A DNA stretch of 64,000 bases, from positions 160,001-224,000 of the forward strand of contig OZ242365.1 in the NCBI GenBank assembly GCA_965208905.1, written 5' to 3'. Shown piece by piece: positions 50,330 to 61,157 of this stretch. Below the pieces are notes generated by a model, which was not told the DNA's origin, did not search any database, and was given only the letters and a program-made list of their open reading frames with translations. A program made the position numbers and the translations under genes. Each line of letters begins with the position of its first letter. The stretch's first letter is position 1. This DNA comes from Nitrosopumilaceae archaeon (lineage in GTDB: Archaea > Thermoproteota > Nitrososphaeria > Nitrososphaerales > Nitrosopumilaceae).

Positions 50330-50720
50330 ACATGCGATTTGTAATGACAGCCTTGGGCCTGCCAGGGAGTCGGCCATGGCCTAGGACGACAAAGGTGGAG
50401 ACGCAATATTTCAAATTCTGAATGGCCCGCGCGACACCACATACCACGATGCCGAGCTGTACGTCCTTGTGGTGAACGAGAACCATATCATAGTGGCGCA
50501 CGGCGCAGATCCCGGCGCGGTGGGGGCCGTATGCGCATCGTGTTACACACCTGACGCTACAAGCGGTGCGGCAACGCTACAAATACCACATGATGACACG
50601 TCCGAAGTGTTGGCCCCACATATAGAGGAGAACCCGGTCAGCAGGAGTGCCGAATACAAGGTATCTTGGATAAAGGGGCATGATGGCCACATATTCGGGG
50701 CGGTCCCATACCCGTTGATC
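50330..50720 (+). pseudogene. Degraded Cache-domain gene fragment
   Basis: One frame reads AMA*DDKGGDAIFQIL...YHDAELYVLVVNENHIIVAHGADP...ENPVSRSAEYKVSWIKGHDGHIFGA with TAG at 50382-50384. Confidence 0.6.
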
Positions 50721-50793
50721 ACATGCGGTAGGCCACACCCGAATGGCCGTGACACGATATTAAATTATATAGAATTCGATTGGCGTCAGGGTA

Positions 50794-51684
50794 ATGAGAA
50801 AGAAGATCATAATAACGGCAATTCTCGCAATTGCGTCTGTAGCGGCGCTGACCGTGGCACTTCAACCATCTGGGGGAGACCTAGCCATACTGCAGGGTGC
50901 CGGAGACCAGACAACGGATGATATGCCCAACGGCCACAACTACACCGATACTAATTTGGAGTGGCCCAACATGCACGCCAACGTGGTGACCAGTTTCAAT
51001 CCGGAAATAGCCGAACCGTCCGTGGAACCCAGCGCGTTCATACACCCGTTCGCCATTGTCATCGGAAACTGCCACATCGGTAAGTGGGTAGCCATGTCGC
51101 CGACCGCCGTATGCAGGGCGGACGAGGGCACACCCATATTGATAGGAGATGGCTCCAATATTCAAGACGGCGTACTCCTGCACGCGTTGGAGACCGTAGA
51201 GCATGGACACAACATTGACGACCGCAGGTTCTCCATGGACGGAGAAAGACTAAAGGGGGATGATCCTGCATTTTTGGACGGCTATGCCGTGTATGTAGGG
51301 AACAATACCAGTCTTGCCCACGGATCCCTTATTCATGGTCCGGCATGGGTTGGAAGCAACACCTTCATAGGCATGGAGGCACTGGTCTTTAACGCAAAGG
51401 TGGGAAACAACGTAGCAGTGGGGGTATCGGCCACCATCACCGGCGGCGTATCCATCGCCGACGGCAAGTTCGTGCCACCGGGAGCGGTCATAGTCACCCA
51501 AGAGCAGGCCGATGCTCTGCCGGAGCGGATAGGAAGCGCATACGAGACCATAAACGATGCCGTAACAAATGTCAACCTGGAGCTGGCAGAAGGGTACAAT
51601 CAGCTTGATCTAGAAAGACTGGCCATTGAGCGCGAAAAAGAGATGGAGAAGAATATGCTGGAAACCTCAATGCCGGGTCCTTAA
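50794..51684 (+). CDS. Secreted gamma-class carbonic anhydrase (Cam-like)
   Basis: Signal peptide; hexapeptide repeats; RADEG, NIQDGVLLHALE, SLAHGSLIHGP Zn-ligand motifs. Confidence 0.9.
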   Translation: MRKKIIITAILAIASVAALTVALQPSGGDLAILQGAGDQTTDDMPNGHNYTDTNLEWPNMHANVVTSFNPEIAEPSVEPSAFIHPFAIVIGNCHIGKWVAMSPTAVCRADEGTPILIGDGSNIQDGVLLHALETVEHGHNIDDRRFSMDGERLKGDDPAFLDGYAVYVGNNTSLAHGSLIHGPAWVGSNTFIGMEALVFNAKVGNNVAVGVSATITGGVSIADGKFVPPGAVIVTQEQADALPERIGSAYETINDAVTNVNLELAEGYNQLDLERLAIEREKEMEKNMLETSMPGP

Positions 51685-51857
51685 TCCACTTTTTTTCTTT
51701 TCCAATAGGGCAGATTTGGCGTCAAATTCGCATATTATTGTAGTTTTAGAGATTCCTTATGGCGTCAAACCGCGCATAACTTTTCCGCCTTTGGGACAAC
51801 ATAGGTACCACCCTTTGTCAGTATACCCTTATATTTTGGTGATAAAAGAAAAAGAAA

Positions 51858-52469
51858 ATGGTACGTAGAAAAGGTCGAACACGAGATAAGTGGCGAGATA
51901 AGCGTTGGATAAATGTAGTGGCACCTGAATCCATGAACCATATACAATTGGCACACATTCCCATAACCACAGATGAGGGAGCAAAGGGCCGTGTGATCGA
52001 AAAGACACTACATGATATACTCAAAGGAGACCCGACCCAGTACAGCGTAAAGCTCTACTTTCAGATAGACCGTATAGAGGGAGATACGGCATATACCATA
52101 TTCAAGAGATACGAGTACTCAAAAGAGTATCTCAAGAGCTTGGTACGTCGGGACTCCTCAAAGATCAATTTCATAATGGATGCCGAGACCAAAGACGGTT
52201 ATGTCTTTCGTATAAACATCATAGCCCTCACACACAAGCGATTGAACAGTTCCCGAAAGCATGCTCTTCGACTAGCTGCTCAAAGAATACTAAACAGGGA
52301 TATACCAAAGTTAGACATACATCAGTTTGTCCAAAAGACATGTTATGGGGATATGCATGCCAGTATACTCTCCGAAGGTAAAAAACTCGTCCGACTCAGA
52401 CATGTAGGTCTAGAGAAGGTAAAGTTGGTACGTACTGCCGAAAAGCAGATAACGTTGCTTGAGGCCTAA
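51858..52469 (+). CDS. rps3ae: 30S ribosomal protein S3Ae (eS1)
   Basis: RDKWRDKRW..V.AP, GRVIE.TL, YLKSLVRR. Confidence 0.95.
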   Translation: MVRRKGRTRDKWRDKRWINVVAPESMNHIQLAHIPITTDEGAKGRVIEKTLHDILKGDPTQYSVKLYFQIDRIEGDTAYTIFKRYEYSKEYLKSLVRRDSSKINFIMDAETKDGYVFRINIIALTHKRLNSSRKHALRLAAQRILNRDIPKLDIHQFVQKTCYGDMHASILSEGKKLVRLRHVGLEKVKLVRTAEKQITLLEA

Positions 52470-52472
52470 GCT

Positions 52473-52898
52473 GTGACAGACACTCCAGTTATACGTCTAG
52501 ACATCATAATACATGCTACAGAAGATGCAGACAAAATCTTTGAGTCAATTTATCAAACTTTGGGTATTAATCCAGAGATCTTTGATACTACTCAAACCAG
52601 AGGCCACTATCGCAATCCCATAATAATGGCCACAGCCACCCTACGTAAGACAGATGCAACTCGATTCATCAGTATATTCTCTGATAAGTTAGGTATTTAT
52701 CAAAGAGATGAGATCACACAGACAATCTCTACCCGGATAAGCAACTCTTCTTTATACTTGAGGTTAGATAGGCAAGAAATAATACGTAATGGAAGTGTGA
52801 TACTACAAGATTCGGGTACGATAAGGATCAAAATACACGTGCCCATCCATAACAGGCGCGCTGAGGATGTATTTGCGGACATATTGTGTCTATATTAA
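52473..52898 (+). CDS. RNA-binding domain protein (DUF54-like)
   Basis: IIHATED, GHYRNPI, LYLRLDRQ. Confidence 0.8.
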   Translation: MTDTPVIRLDIIIHATEDADKIFESIYQTLGINPEIFDTTQTRGHYRNPIIMATATLRKTDATRFISIFSDKLGIYQRDEITQTISTRISNSSLYLRLDRQEIIRNGSVILQDSGTIRIKIHVPIHNRRAEDVFADILCLY

Positions 52899-52922
52899 TA
52901 AGGTCAGAAACAATACACATAT

Positions 52923-52991
52923 GGGAATGAGGAGATAGTAGCCGCTCCAGACCGAGCATAATGCTTTGAGGATCCCGCGACGACCTGACCC
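52923..52991 (+). ncRNA. Candidate box C/D guide sRNA
   Basis: GGG...CCC terminal stem, C-like ATGAGGA, D'-like CAGA/CCGA, C'-like TGAGGA, D box CTGA (52985-52988); TATA-like element about 25-30 nt upstream. Confidence 0.65.
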
Positions 52992-53379
52992 AAAATATAC
53001 AAGTACACGCTCAGCATCAGATACAGACAGATATGAAAGTCCCAAGTCTGTTATTTTGGGACGCGTAAAAGTCTACCATATTGTATGCCCCTTAACATGT
53101 ACTCATCATTTAACAGGAAATCAAGTCATCTATTATCTAGATGTCTACAGATGTAGGTATCACACCAAAAGACGTATCGGGAGTTGATATTAGCAGAGTA
53201 TCACTGTAATGAGCAAGAGTACCATTGTTCAATTTGTTGTATACCAAATGTATAGAGATGTAGTATCACCAAAGTTTGTGTAAGAGGGGGCTGCTTGTAT
53301 GAAATCTAATACATCTGCAATAGTATGTTGAACAGATACCTCAAAACATGCAATTATTTTAAATACGGAGAGAAAACAT

Positions 53380-54834
53380 TTGCGCATATTGGACTATGAT
53401 GTTATAGTAGCGGGTGGGGGATTGGCCGGTACCGTGGCGGCGCAAGCGGTGGCCCGATATGCTGATGGAGCAAGCATACTTGTGATAGACCGAAGTCCAC
53501 CCTTTATGCCTGGTAGAAAGAGTGTCAGTGGATGGATATGCGGGGATGCCGTCAGTAAAGAAGCCGTTGATTACATGTCAGAGAAGATAAGAGTGTCCTG
53601 GGGAGAACCCGAGATAGAGCACAAAGTCAAGGGTGTGATGGCATTCTCGCCAGACAAATCAACGGCCATACCTTTTGATGGAGATGGATATATGTTGAAC
53701 CGTCAACTGTTGCCAGAGCGACAGAACCAACGAGCCATAGATATGGGAGTACAGTTCGATTACGAGATAAATCTCACAGGTCTAATGTATGATAATGGAC
53801 AGGTTGTTGGGGTTACTGGTATAGACAAATCTAAGAACATCTACAAAAGGAGCTGTAAGGTGGTAGTTGATGCAACGGGTATGACATCTATGCTGCGCAA
53901 CCAGATATCCAACACGGACAAGATGGAGAGAAAGGTGGATCGTCAGGATGTAGAATCCACAGGCAGACACATAATGTACTTTGAGAAAGGGGAGAGAGAT
54001 CTCACCGAGTTTGATCCCGACTATTGCATAATACACTTGGATCAGGATATTGCCCCGGGCGGATACGGATGGGTCTTTCCAAAGGGAGATGACAAGGTCA
54101 ACATAGGATTAGGCGTTGAAAAGACACTACTGACCAAACGCAACAAGCGACTAAAAAGAAATGACAACGTAACGACTCTCATTGAGGAGTATGTGCAGAG
54201 AAACCGAGCCATTAAGAATCCCCGCCTCTCTACGGATCAGGAAGATATCAACAATGCCACTGGTAACTTTCAGGTGTCTGTGAGAAGGCAGAATGACTGT
54301 CTTGTGGCAGGCGGATTCATTTTAGTGGGAGACTCAGCATGGATGCCAAAGCCTTTGGATGCTGGGGGGATAGGTCCTGCACTGGTGGCAGGAACAATAG
54401 CGGGCAAGTGTATCGCCGAGGCCCTAGAAGCCGGAGATACCAGCGAAGCAGGTTTGTGGAAGTACAACAAAGAGTTCATCAATGAATATGGATACAAGAC
54501 GGCAGGTTTAGAGATATTTCGGCGCCTCATACAGACCTTGAGTAATGAGCAGATCAACTACGGCATGAAACACTTTCTAAAAAATTTGGATGTGGAGGCA
54601 ATATCCAAAGGTGAACATCCAGACTTTGGTACGTTGGGAAAGTTAGGTATGATAATTCGTGGTGCATTAAATAAAAGACTGGCCGATGGCCTCCGATTTA
54701 CATCAAAGCAGAACAAGAAACTCACTGCTCACTACTACAACTTTCCGGATACGCCCGATGGTTTTACAGACTGGCATAAAAGACTACACCAAGTACTAGA
54801 TGAATCAAATACAAATTTGAAAAAATATCAATAG
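53380..54834 (+). CDS. Geranylgeranyl reductase-family FAD oxidoreductase
   Basis: VIVAGGGLAG, ICGDA, PGGYGWVFPKG, LVGDSA...PLDAGGI. Confidence 0.88.
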   Translation: MRILDYDVIVAGGGLAGTVAAQAVARYADGASILVIDRSPPFMPGRKSVSGWICGDAVSKEAVDYMSEKIRVSWGEPEIEHKVKGVMAFSPDKSTAIPFDGDGYMLNRQLLPERQNQRAIDMGVQFDYEINLTGLMYDNGQVVGVTGIDKSKNIYKRSCKVVVDATGMTSMLRNQISNTDKMERKVDRQDVESTGRHIMYFEKGERDLTEFDPDYCIIHLDQDIAPGGYGWVFPKGDDKVNIGLGVEKTLLTKRNKRLKRNDNVTTLIEEYVQRNRAIKNPRLSTDQEDINNATGNFQVSVRRQNDCLVAGGFILVGDSAWMPKPLDAGGIGPALVAGTIAGKCIAEALEAGDTSEAGLWKYNKEFINEYGYKTAGLEIFRRLIQTLSNEQINYGMKHFLKNLDVEAISKGEHPDFGTLGKLGMIIRGALNKRLADGLRFTSKQNKKLTAHYYNFPDTPDGFTDWHKRLHQVLDESNTNLKKYQ

Positions 54835-54869
54835 GCTTATAATCTCTTCTACGCCTTCGAATATACGGT

Positions 54870-56303
54870 TTGGAGATCAGAGAGGGCCTAACATTTGATG
54901 ATGTGCTTTTGGTCCCAAAGTATTCAGATGTTACTACCCGCAGTCAGACCAACCTATCTACAAAACTTTCCAGAAACATAAGCCTTAACATACCATTTAT
55001 CAGTGCCAATATGGATACGGTCTCTGAGGCATCCATGGCAGTCGCCATGGCTCGGGCCGGAGGTATTGGTATCATACACAGGTTCCTTACAATACAAGAG
55101 GAGAGTGCTCAGGTACTCAAGGTAAAGAGATCCAGTAGTGTGGTGATAGAAAATCCATACACAATATCCATGAACAGTACCGTGCGCAAGGCATACGACT
55201 ATGCTGATGATATGGGCGTGTCTGGACTGTTGGTCTTAGATGATGACAATCGTCTGGTGGGCATAGTTACCGACAGAGACTTTCTCTTCTGTGGAGACAA
55301 TGATCTACGGGTCTCAGATATCATGACAAAGGATGTAGTAACCACACCACCAGGTACAACGGCTGAAGATGCCAAAAGAATGCTTCGAGACAACCGAGTA
55401 GAGAAGCTACCCATCGTTGATAGTGATGGGTACGTTCGGGGTCTTTTCACCTCCAAGGACATTACCAATATGGAAAACTATCCCATGGCAGTCAAGGATG
55501 CCAAGGGCAGACCCATGGTGGGTGCTGCTGTGGGAGTCAAGGGAGACTTTATGGAACGGGCAGAAGCGTTACTGGAGGCAGAGGTGGATGTCCTAGTTGT
55601 AGATATAGCTCATGGGCACAGTCAGAATGCCATCAGAACTGTCAAAAACATAAAGAAAGCATTTCCAGATTGTGAGATAATAGCTGGGAATGTTGCCACT
55701 GCAGCAGGTACACTAGATTTAATCCGGGCAGGGGTAGACGCGGTAAAGGTGGGCGTAGGGTCCGGTTCCATATGTATAACTCGAGTCATAACCGGCTCTG
55801 GCGTACCTCAGCTTACTGCCGTAATGGACTGCGCCCGGGTAGGTAAAGAGAACGACATACCCATAATATCGGATGGCGGTACGCGAACATCGGGGGATGC
55901 CACAAAAGCCTTGGCGGCAGGAGCATCAACTGTGATGCTAGGTAGCATTCTAGGCGGTACTGACGAATCACCAGGGACAGTACTTACAAAGAACAATAAA
56001 CGCTACAAAGTGTATAGAGGAATGGCATCATTGGCCGCATCTATAGGGCGCAAGTCAAAAGAGACCGGCATGACAGCATTAGAGGATGACCTCAATGACT
56101 ATGTGGCCGAGGGTGTGGAAGCCATGGTTCCCTACAAAGGTAGTGTAACAGACATACTAAAGCAGTTGACTGGCGGGGTCAGGTCTGGCTTGAGTTATTG
56201 TGGAGCACATACAATATCTGCTATGCAACAAGAGTCTGAATTCATAAAGATATCCCGGGCCGGCTTAGCCGAGAGTCAGCCACACGACGTTTCAGTTATG
56301 TGA
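54870..56303 (+). CDS. guaB: IMP dehydrogenase (with CBS pair)
   Basis: [39 protein letters not shown]. Confidence 0.96.
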   Translation: MEIREGLTFDDVLLVPKYSDVTTRSQTNLSTKLSRNISLNIPFISANMDTVSEASMAVAMARAGGIGIIHRFLTIQEESAQVLKVKRSSSVVIENPYTISMNSTVRKAYDYADDMGVSGLLVLDDDNRLVGIVTDRDFLFCGDNDLRVSDIMTKDVVTTPPGTTAEDAKRMLRDNRVEKLPIVDSDGYVRGLFTSKDITNMENYPMAVKDAKGRPMVGAAVGVKGDFMERAEALLEAEVDVLVVDIAHGHSQNAIRTVKNIKKAFPDCEIIAGNVATAAGTLDLIRAGVDAVKVGVGSGSICITRVITGSGVPQLTAVMDCARVGKENDIPIISDGGTRTSGDATKALAAGASTVMLGSILGGTDESPGTVLTKNNKRYKVYRGMASLAASIGRKSKETGMTALEDDLNDYVAEGVEAMVPYKGSVTDILKQLTGGVRSGLSYCGAHTISAMQQESEFIKISRAGLAESQPHDVSVM

Positions 56304-56404
56304 TGTATAAAGTGTGGTCAGGTCCTCGCTTACAGATACATCAAAAAGATCATAACCAATAGTCAACACAACCAAAATGTCTTTAATACTGATACTCCAA
56401 GTAT

Positions 56405-56878
56405 TTGGTGATGTTCAGTACTCGTACCATAATAGGTATAGCTGTGGGAGCTGTCATAGTTGGTGTCCCACTAGTATCCTTGGTAGTAGACCTGACAGGA
56501 GGCCCTCTTGTAATATCCGAAGAGTATGGTATAGGCGAGACTGCATCATATTCGATAACAGGAGATGAGGGTGCCGTTCACTCCATGACCATAACGGCGG
56601 ACAGGTTCCAATTAAAACTAGAGAGCCCTGGCGAGGGCTTTAGCATACCTTCAAGTGAGTTTGAAGACTTCCACAGTATGGAGTGGGTACACCAAGAGTC
56701 AGGCCGTACACTGATACAGATACAAAACATTGGTGAGGATGTAATGAACATAGATGCAACACTGGAGATATCCGAAGATCCCTTATGGTTTGCATATAGA
56801 TTGGTAGTCATAACAACTGGTGTGATAATAATCGGTTTGAGTTTGGGGTTCAGTGTTAGAAAGCCTAGAGGGTTTTAG
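56405..56878 (+). CDS. Hypothetical membrane protein
   Basis: N- and C-terminal TM helices. Confidence 0.7.
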   Translation: MVMFSTRTIIGIAVGAVIVGVPLVSLVVDLTGGPLVISEEYGIGETASYSITGDEGAVHSMTITADRFQLKLESPGEGFSIPSSEFEDFHSMEWVHQESGRTLIQIQNIGEDVMNIDATLEISEDPLWFAYRLVVITTGVIIIGLSLGFSVRKPRGF

Positions 56879-57116
56879 ATGTGGTCATAACCTTCTGCAC
56901 ATATACACGATAATCACCATAAACAAATCGTTATACCTGTCTGTTCCATATGACTTCAGGGGCAGAATTTATCAGGGGTGGTTTTCTAGTAGTATAGCAT
57001 GACGGCCTCAACACATCTACACCATATGGCAAAAGGTATACCAAAGATTGGTATGTTTTTAGATGCACATATTATACAAATGAATTATACACCACACACA
57101 AGATGGTACAACTAGT

Positions 57117-57686
57117 TCACTGTCTGTGTTTATGAAAAGAGTCTTGATCAAAGACCAAAAAGTCAGATGTGCCGAATTTGTTGGAGAGTACCCTCTCATC
57201 AATCCACGAGCATTCGATACATTTTATTGCATCACGTACAGGGACCACACCACCGCCACACTTTACGCACTTTGTCTGTAAAACGCCCAACGAGTGATCA
57301 TCCATAACAGCATGTATGGTGCCATTCAGATGAGACTCTATACGAAGCATGACAATATCATTCACCAACGCTATATTTTTTCGACGTATGTGTCGGGTTG
57401 AACATATACACTCTACATTGGATAGTGTGCGTCTACCGTTGACATATTGTATCGATACGGCAAACATCATGGACATGACCGCCGCCACTGTTCCTATAAT
57501 GATATCACCAGGTTCAGGTACACTGGTCCTCTTGTGACTCAATATGTTGGCAACATGGTTAGACGCATCAATGGAAGTATGTCCCACCACTGTGGAGCGG
57601 ATCATATCACCGTCATCAAAAGCGTTGGAACCAGCTTCGTACTCCTCAATGGAGGCTATAGTGTCGCCGGGCAGTACCTGAGACAT
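57117..57686 (-). CDS. csl4: Exosome RNA-binding subunit Csl4
   Basis: VLPGD.IA..EEY, S1 domain, C-terminal CVKC...CIEC Zn ribbon; start trimmed to 57686. Confidence 0.9.
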   Translation of the reverse strand: MSQVLPGDTIASIEEYEAGSNAFDDGDMIRSTVVGHTSIDASNHVANILSHKRTSVPEPGDIIIGTVAAVMSMMFAVSIQYVNGRRTLSNVECICSTRHIRRKNIALVNDIVMLRIESHLNGTIHAVMDDHSLGVLQTKCVKCGGGVVPVRDAIKCIECSWIDERVLSNKFGTSDFLVFDQDSFHKHRQ

Positions 57687-57814
57687 AGTAAAAATATCTT
57701 TGTTGTGATTATAACTGTTAGGGTTCTGTCGCAAACGCGGTTGATACGACAAAACCCTTGTGCGTTCACTCATAAAAGTGATAAAAATATTGATGGTATA
57801 ATGAATGATACTGT

Positions 57815-58972
57815 ATGAACCGATTTGTTGTGTTAGTATTTGTAACAGCGCTCGTACTAGGAGTATCGTATGGTATGCACGGGCCAGTAGTGCCAGTCTT
57901 TGCCAAGGACAGTGTGGGTGCCACATACGCCGAGCTGGGACTGATTGGAATGGCCAACTTTCTCCCATACATGATAATTCCCATCTTTGTGGGCATACTA
58001 CTAGACCGCATTAACAACAGATACTTGTTGACCGTTGGCGTGATACTCAATGCGATATCACTATACCTGACATCCACAGCAAATACAGTAGAGGAGATAA
58101 TAGCCTATCGTCTTATAGCAGGTGTGGCTCATGCTTTCTTCTGGCCAACCTCAGAGTCCATACTGTCAGGAGATGAGGAGTCTCGTGTAAAGTACATCTC
58201 GTGGTTTATCATGTTCTTTGTGGTGGGATTCATGGTGGGTCCACTTCTAGGCTCAGTAGTACTAGATATGGTTGGGTCGGACTATCGTATGTTATTCCAG
58301 ATTACTGCATTTGTGATGGCCGTAGCCATGACAACCTCAGTAATTGCATCCCCAAAGACCTCAAAGCCGGTACATGGAGGCTTGAATCTCAAATCCTTTG
58401 GTGCAATAGCCAGATTCCCGGTAGTAGTAACACTGCTGTTATACAGCACTGCAGCTTTTGGTGTGATACTTACGATATATCCAGCATTCATGAGTGATCG
58501 TGGCATGGGCGATAACAGCATACTGTTATTGTTCTTCATATTTGGCATAACGCGAGTAGGTGCACTGTTAGTTGCAGGGTTTTTGTCCAAACGGGCAGTA
58601 CCTACCTTTGCAGCATCGACAATTTTGGTATCAGTTGGAATGGGGATAACAGCCATTGGTACATCATTTATCGATTTTACCATCGCCTTACTACTACTAG
58701 GATTTGGATGTTCTATATTATACCCATTGGCACTGGAAGTCATTCTGTCAGGTACAAAGAAGAGTGCCTCGGGTAGGATGATTGGTGCTTATGAGGCCAT
58801 ATTCGGTGTGGGTTGGGCTGCAGGTCCGGCTATCAATGGTTATGCCACAGATGCATTTGGCGAGGCGTCGCCGTATTGGTTGTTCTGTATACTAGGTATG
58901 ATGGTGACAGTAATGGTGGTAGTGTTTCGTAGAAGATTAGAGAGGGTCAGCTCGGAACGTGTCCAAGATTAG
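57815..58972 (+). CDS. MFS transporter
   Basis: About 12 TM helices, GILLDRINNR motif A. Confidence 0.9.
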   Translation: MNRFVVLVFVTALVLGVSYGMHGPVVPVFAKDSVGATYAELGLIGMANFLPYMIIPIFVGILLDRINNRYLLTVGVILNAISLYLTSTANTVEEIIAYRLIAGVAHAFFWPTSESILSGDEESRVKYISWFIMFFVVGFMVGPLLGSVVLDMVGSDYRMLFQITAFVMAVAMTTSVIASPKTSKPVHGGLNLKSFGAIARFPVVVTLLLYSTAAFGVILTIYPAFMSDRGMGDNSILLLFFIFGITRVGALLVAGFLSKRAVPTFAASTILVSVGMGITAIGTSFIDFTIALLLLGFGCSILYPLALEVILSGTKKSASGRMIGAYEAIFGVGWAAGPAINGYATDAFGEASPYWLFCILGMMVTVMVVVFRRRLERVSSERVQD

Positions 58973-59000
58973 TAATAAAATACCATATGGATTGTACTTG

Positions 59001-59279
59001 TTAGCCTCCAGCAACTGCAGGCAATATATACACCTCATCGCCATCTTTCAGTGGCGCGTCCATTCCTCCTGTAAATTTTGCATTCTTACCGTTTATGTAC
59101 ACGTTTATCAGCGAACGGGGACTGCCATCCGGTTCTAGTACCCGCCGGGCAAAGTCATCACCCATTATATCAGTACATTTTGTAAACGCATCAGATAATG
59201 ATGATGCATCCAAATCTAGTCGTCGTTCACCGCCACCTTTGTTCAATACAGAGGGGACTACAAATGCTATGCTGGCCAT
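59001..59279 (-). CDS. Ubiquitin-like sulfur carrier (MoaD/ThiS/SAMP family)
   Basis: INVYING...LKDGDEVYILPAVAGG C-terminus. Confidence 0.92.
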   Translation of the reverse strand: MASIAFVVPSVLNKGGGERRLDLDASSLSDAFTKCTDIMGDDFARRVLEPDGSPRSLINVYINGKNAKFTGGMDAPLKDGDEVYILPAVAGG

Positions 59280-60506
59280 CTACTTTATCACCGCTGCTAT
59301 CGCTGCCACATCGGGGCGCATCACATGAGGTTTTGGTAATACGGACATTACAGTATCAGTAGCCTTTAGTCCGTTGCCGGTAATATAACAAACGGTAGTC
59401 TCATCGGCAGATATCATGCCTTCCTGAACCATCTTTTGAAGCACTGCCACGGCGACACCACCGGCCGGCTCTGTAAATATACCCTCAGTTTTGGCCAGTA
59501 ATGTGAGCGCATCTAAAATTTCATCGTCGGTGCACTCAGCGGCACTACCACCATATTGTTGTAGTCGTTTCAGAACGTATCTGCCATCTCCTGGGTCTCC
59601 AATGGCAAGACTCTTGGCTATTGTATCGGGGACAGATACTGGAGTTACAGTACCGCCACTCTGGAAGGCATCAACGACAGGTGCACAGCCATGAGGTTGC
59701 GCAGCGTAGGGGTGCATTCTGGACGCATCATCAACCAGTGAGGCAGCCTCTAGTTCTTCAAACCCTTTGCATATGGCGTTTAGCATGGCGCCGCTACCCA
59801 CAGGAATTACCAGATGATCTGGCATCTCCCAGTTTAGCTGTTCGGCCACCTCAAATGCCAGCGTCTTTGATCCTTCTACATAGTATGATCTCATGTTAAT
59901 ATTCACAATTCCTATACGATAGCGATCTCCTATCTGCGCAGCTATTGTGTTTGCATCATCATACGTACCCTCAACAGCCACAAAGTTAGCTCCGTACGAC
60001 ATGGCCTGTACTGTCTTTGCCATCTCTATATCACTAGGTGCAAATATGTGGCAGTCCAAGCCAGCTTTGGCAGCATGCGCCGCAGTAGCCGATGCCAAAT
60101 TTCCTGTGGACGCACATCCCACTGCAGTGAGGCCCAACTCTCTAGCCTTTGAGACGGCAACCCCAGCAGGGCGGTCCTTGAATGAAAATGTTGGATTGAC
60201 AGAGTCATTTTTTATGTATAAATTGTGTAGTCCTAACTTTTCGCCTAATCGTTCGGCACGAATCAATGGCGTCATGCCCGCGCCAATACTCACAATATTG
60301 GATTTGTCACGTATGGGAAGTAGTTCATGGTAACGCCAATACGTCTGCTCCCGATGTGTGAATAGATCAGGGGATAATGTCGGTATATCATACGATACAT
60401 CAAGTGGTCCAAAACATTCTTCGCAGATATAATGGAACTTCATATCATGCTCGCGCCCGCATTCTCTACATTTTAGAGACTTTACACTCATGGTGTTCAG
60501 TGACAC
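59280..60506 (-). CDS. thrC: Threonine synthase (PLP)
   Basis: N-terminal CxxC pair, NPTFSFKDR, CASTGN, PVGSG. Confidence 0.88.
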   Translation of the reverse strand: MSLNTMSVKSLKCRECGREHDMKFHYICEECFGPLDVSYDIPTLSPDLFTHREQTYWRYHELLPIRDKSNIVSIGAGMTPLIRAERLGEKLGLHNLYIKNDSVNPTFSFKDRPAGVAVSKARELGLTAVGCASTGNLASATAAHAAKAGLDCHIFAPSDIEMAKTVQAMSYGANFVAVEGTYDDANTIAAQIGDRYRIGIVNINMRSYYVEGSKTLAFEVAEQLNWEMPDHLVIPVGSGAMLNAICKGFEELEAASLVDDASRMHPYAAQPHGCAPVVDAFQSGGTVTPVSVPDTIAKSLAIGDPGDGRYVLKRLQQYGGSAAECTDDEILDALTLLAKTEGIFTEPAGGVAVAVLQKMVQEGMISADETTVCYITGNGLKATDTVMSVLPKPHVMRPDVAAIAAVIK

Positions 60507-60578
60507 ATTACCATTGATATATTGTCCTAATATTAAATTTAGTTATACTTAATTTTATACTAATAATATTCAATAAAA

Positions 60579-60920
60579 TTACATTATTGTGTTAAAAAAG
60601 CAGAGTCTACGCCCAGTATGGCAGGCAGGGCCAGTTGGGTTTACCAGATATATGATAGCATCCAAATCACAGTCAGAGAGTATACCAGTTATATTCTGAA
60701 TATTGCCGGACTCTTCACCCTTCATCCAGAGTTTTCGCCTGGATCTACTCCAAAACCATGACTTTTTAGTTTTAATTGTACGCTCCAACGCCTCACGGTT
60801 ACAGTATGCCAGTGTCAGTACCTCTCGGGTCTTTTCATCTTGTACTATTACTGGGATTAAGCCATCACCTTTGTTAAAGTCCAAGCTTGCGATTTCCACC
60901 TTCATCGTATCATATACCAC
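60579..60920 (-). CDS. hisI: Phosphoribosyl-AMP cyclohydrolase
   Basis: WSRSRRKLWMKGEESG, DCDLD, ACHTG..C. Confidence 0.95.
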   Translation of the reverse strand: MVYDTMKVEIASLDFNKGDGLIPVIVQDEKTREVLTLAYCNREALERTIKTKKSWFWSRSRRKLWMKGEESGNIQNITGILSDCDLDAIIYLVNPTGPACHTGRRLCFFNTIM

Positions 60921-61157
60921 ACATGTTGTAAATTTATAACTTGGGGGTCGTGCAGTCTTTTTTCTAAATGTAAGGCAACTCCAGTCTACATGAGTTTGAG
61001 CAGGATTGACACATAGATGATTAGTGTATCATGATACCGCACATGTCTGGCTTGGTAGACCCATCTGATAAAATATCGCCTGACTACTCGGTTAAGGATA
61101 TAACGTGTGATCTATCTAAAATAATACAGATGGGCAAGGCCAAACAACAAACCATGC

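Noticed and set aside
59001-60506. thrC next to a ubiquitin-like sulfur carrier as a novel pathway
   Set aside because: This pairing is common in prokaryotes and nothing unusual is visible here
61015-61070. Possible second C/D sRNA between hisI and hisF
   Set aside because: Boxes are weak and there is no convincing C'/D' pair
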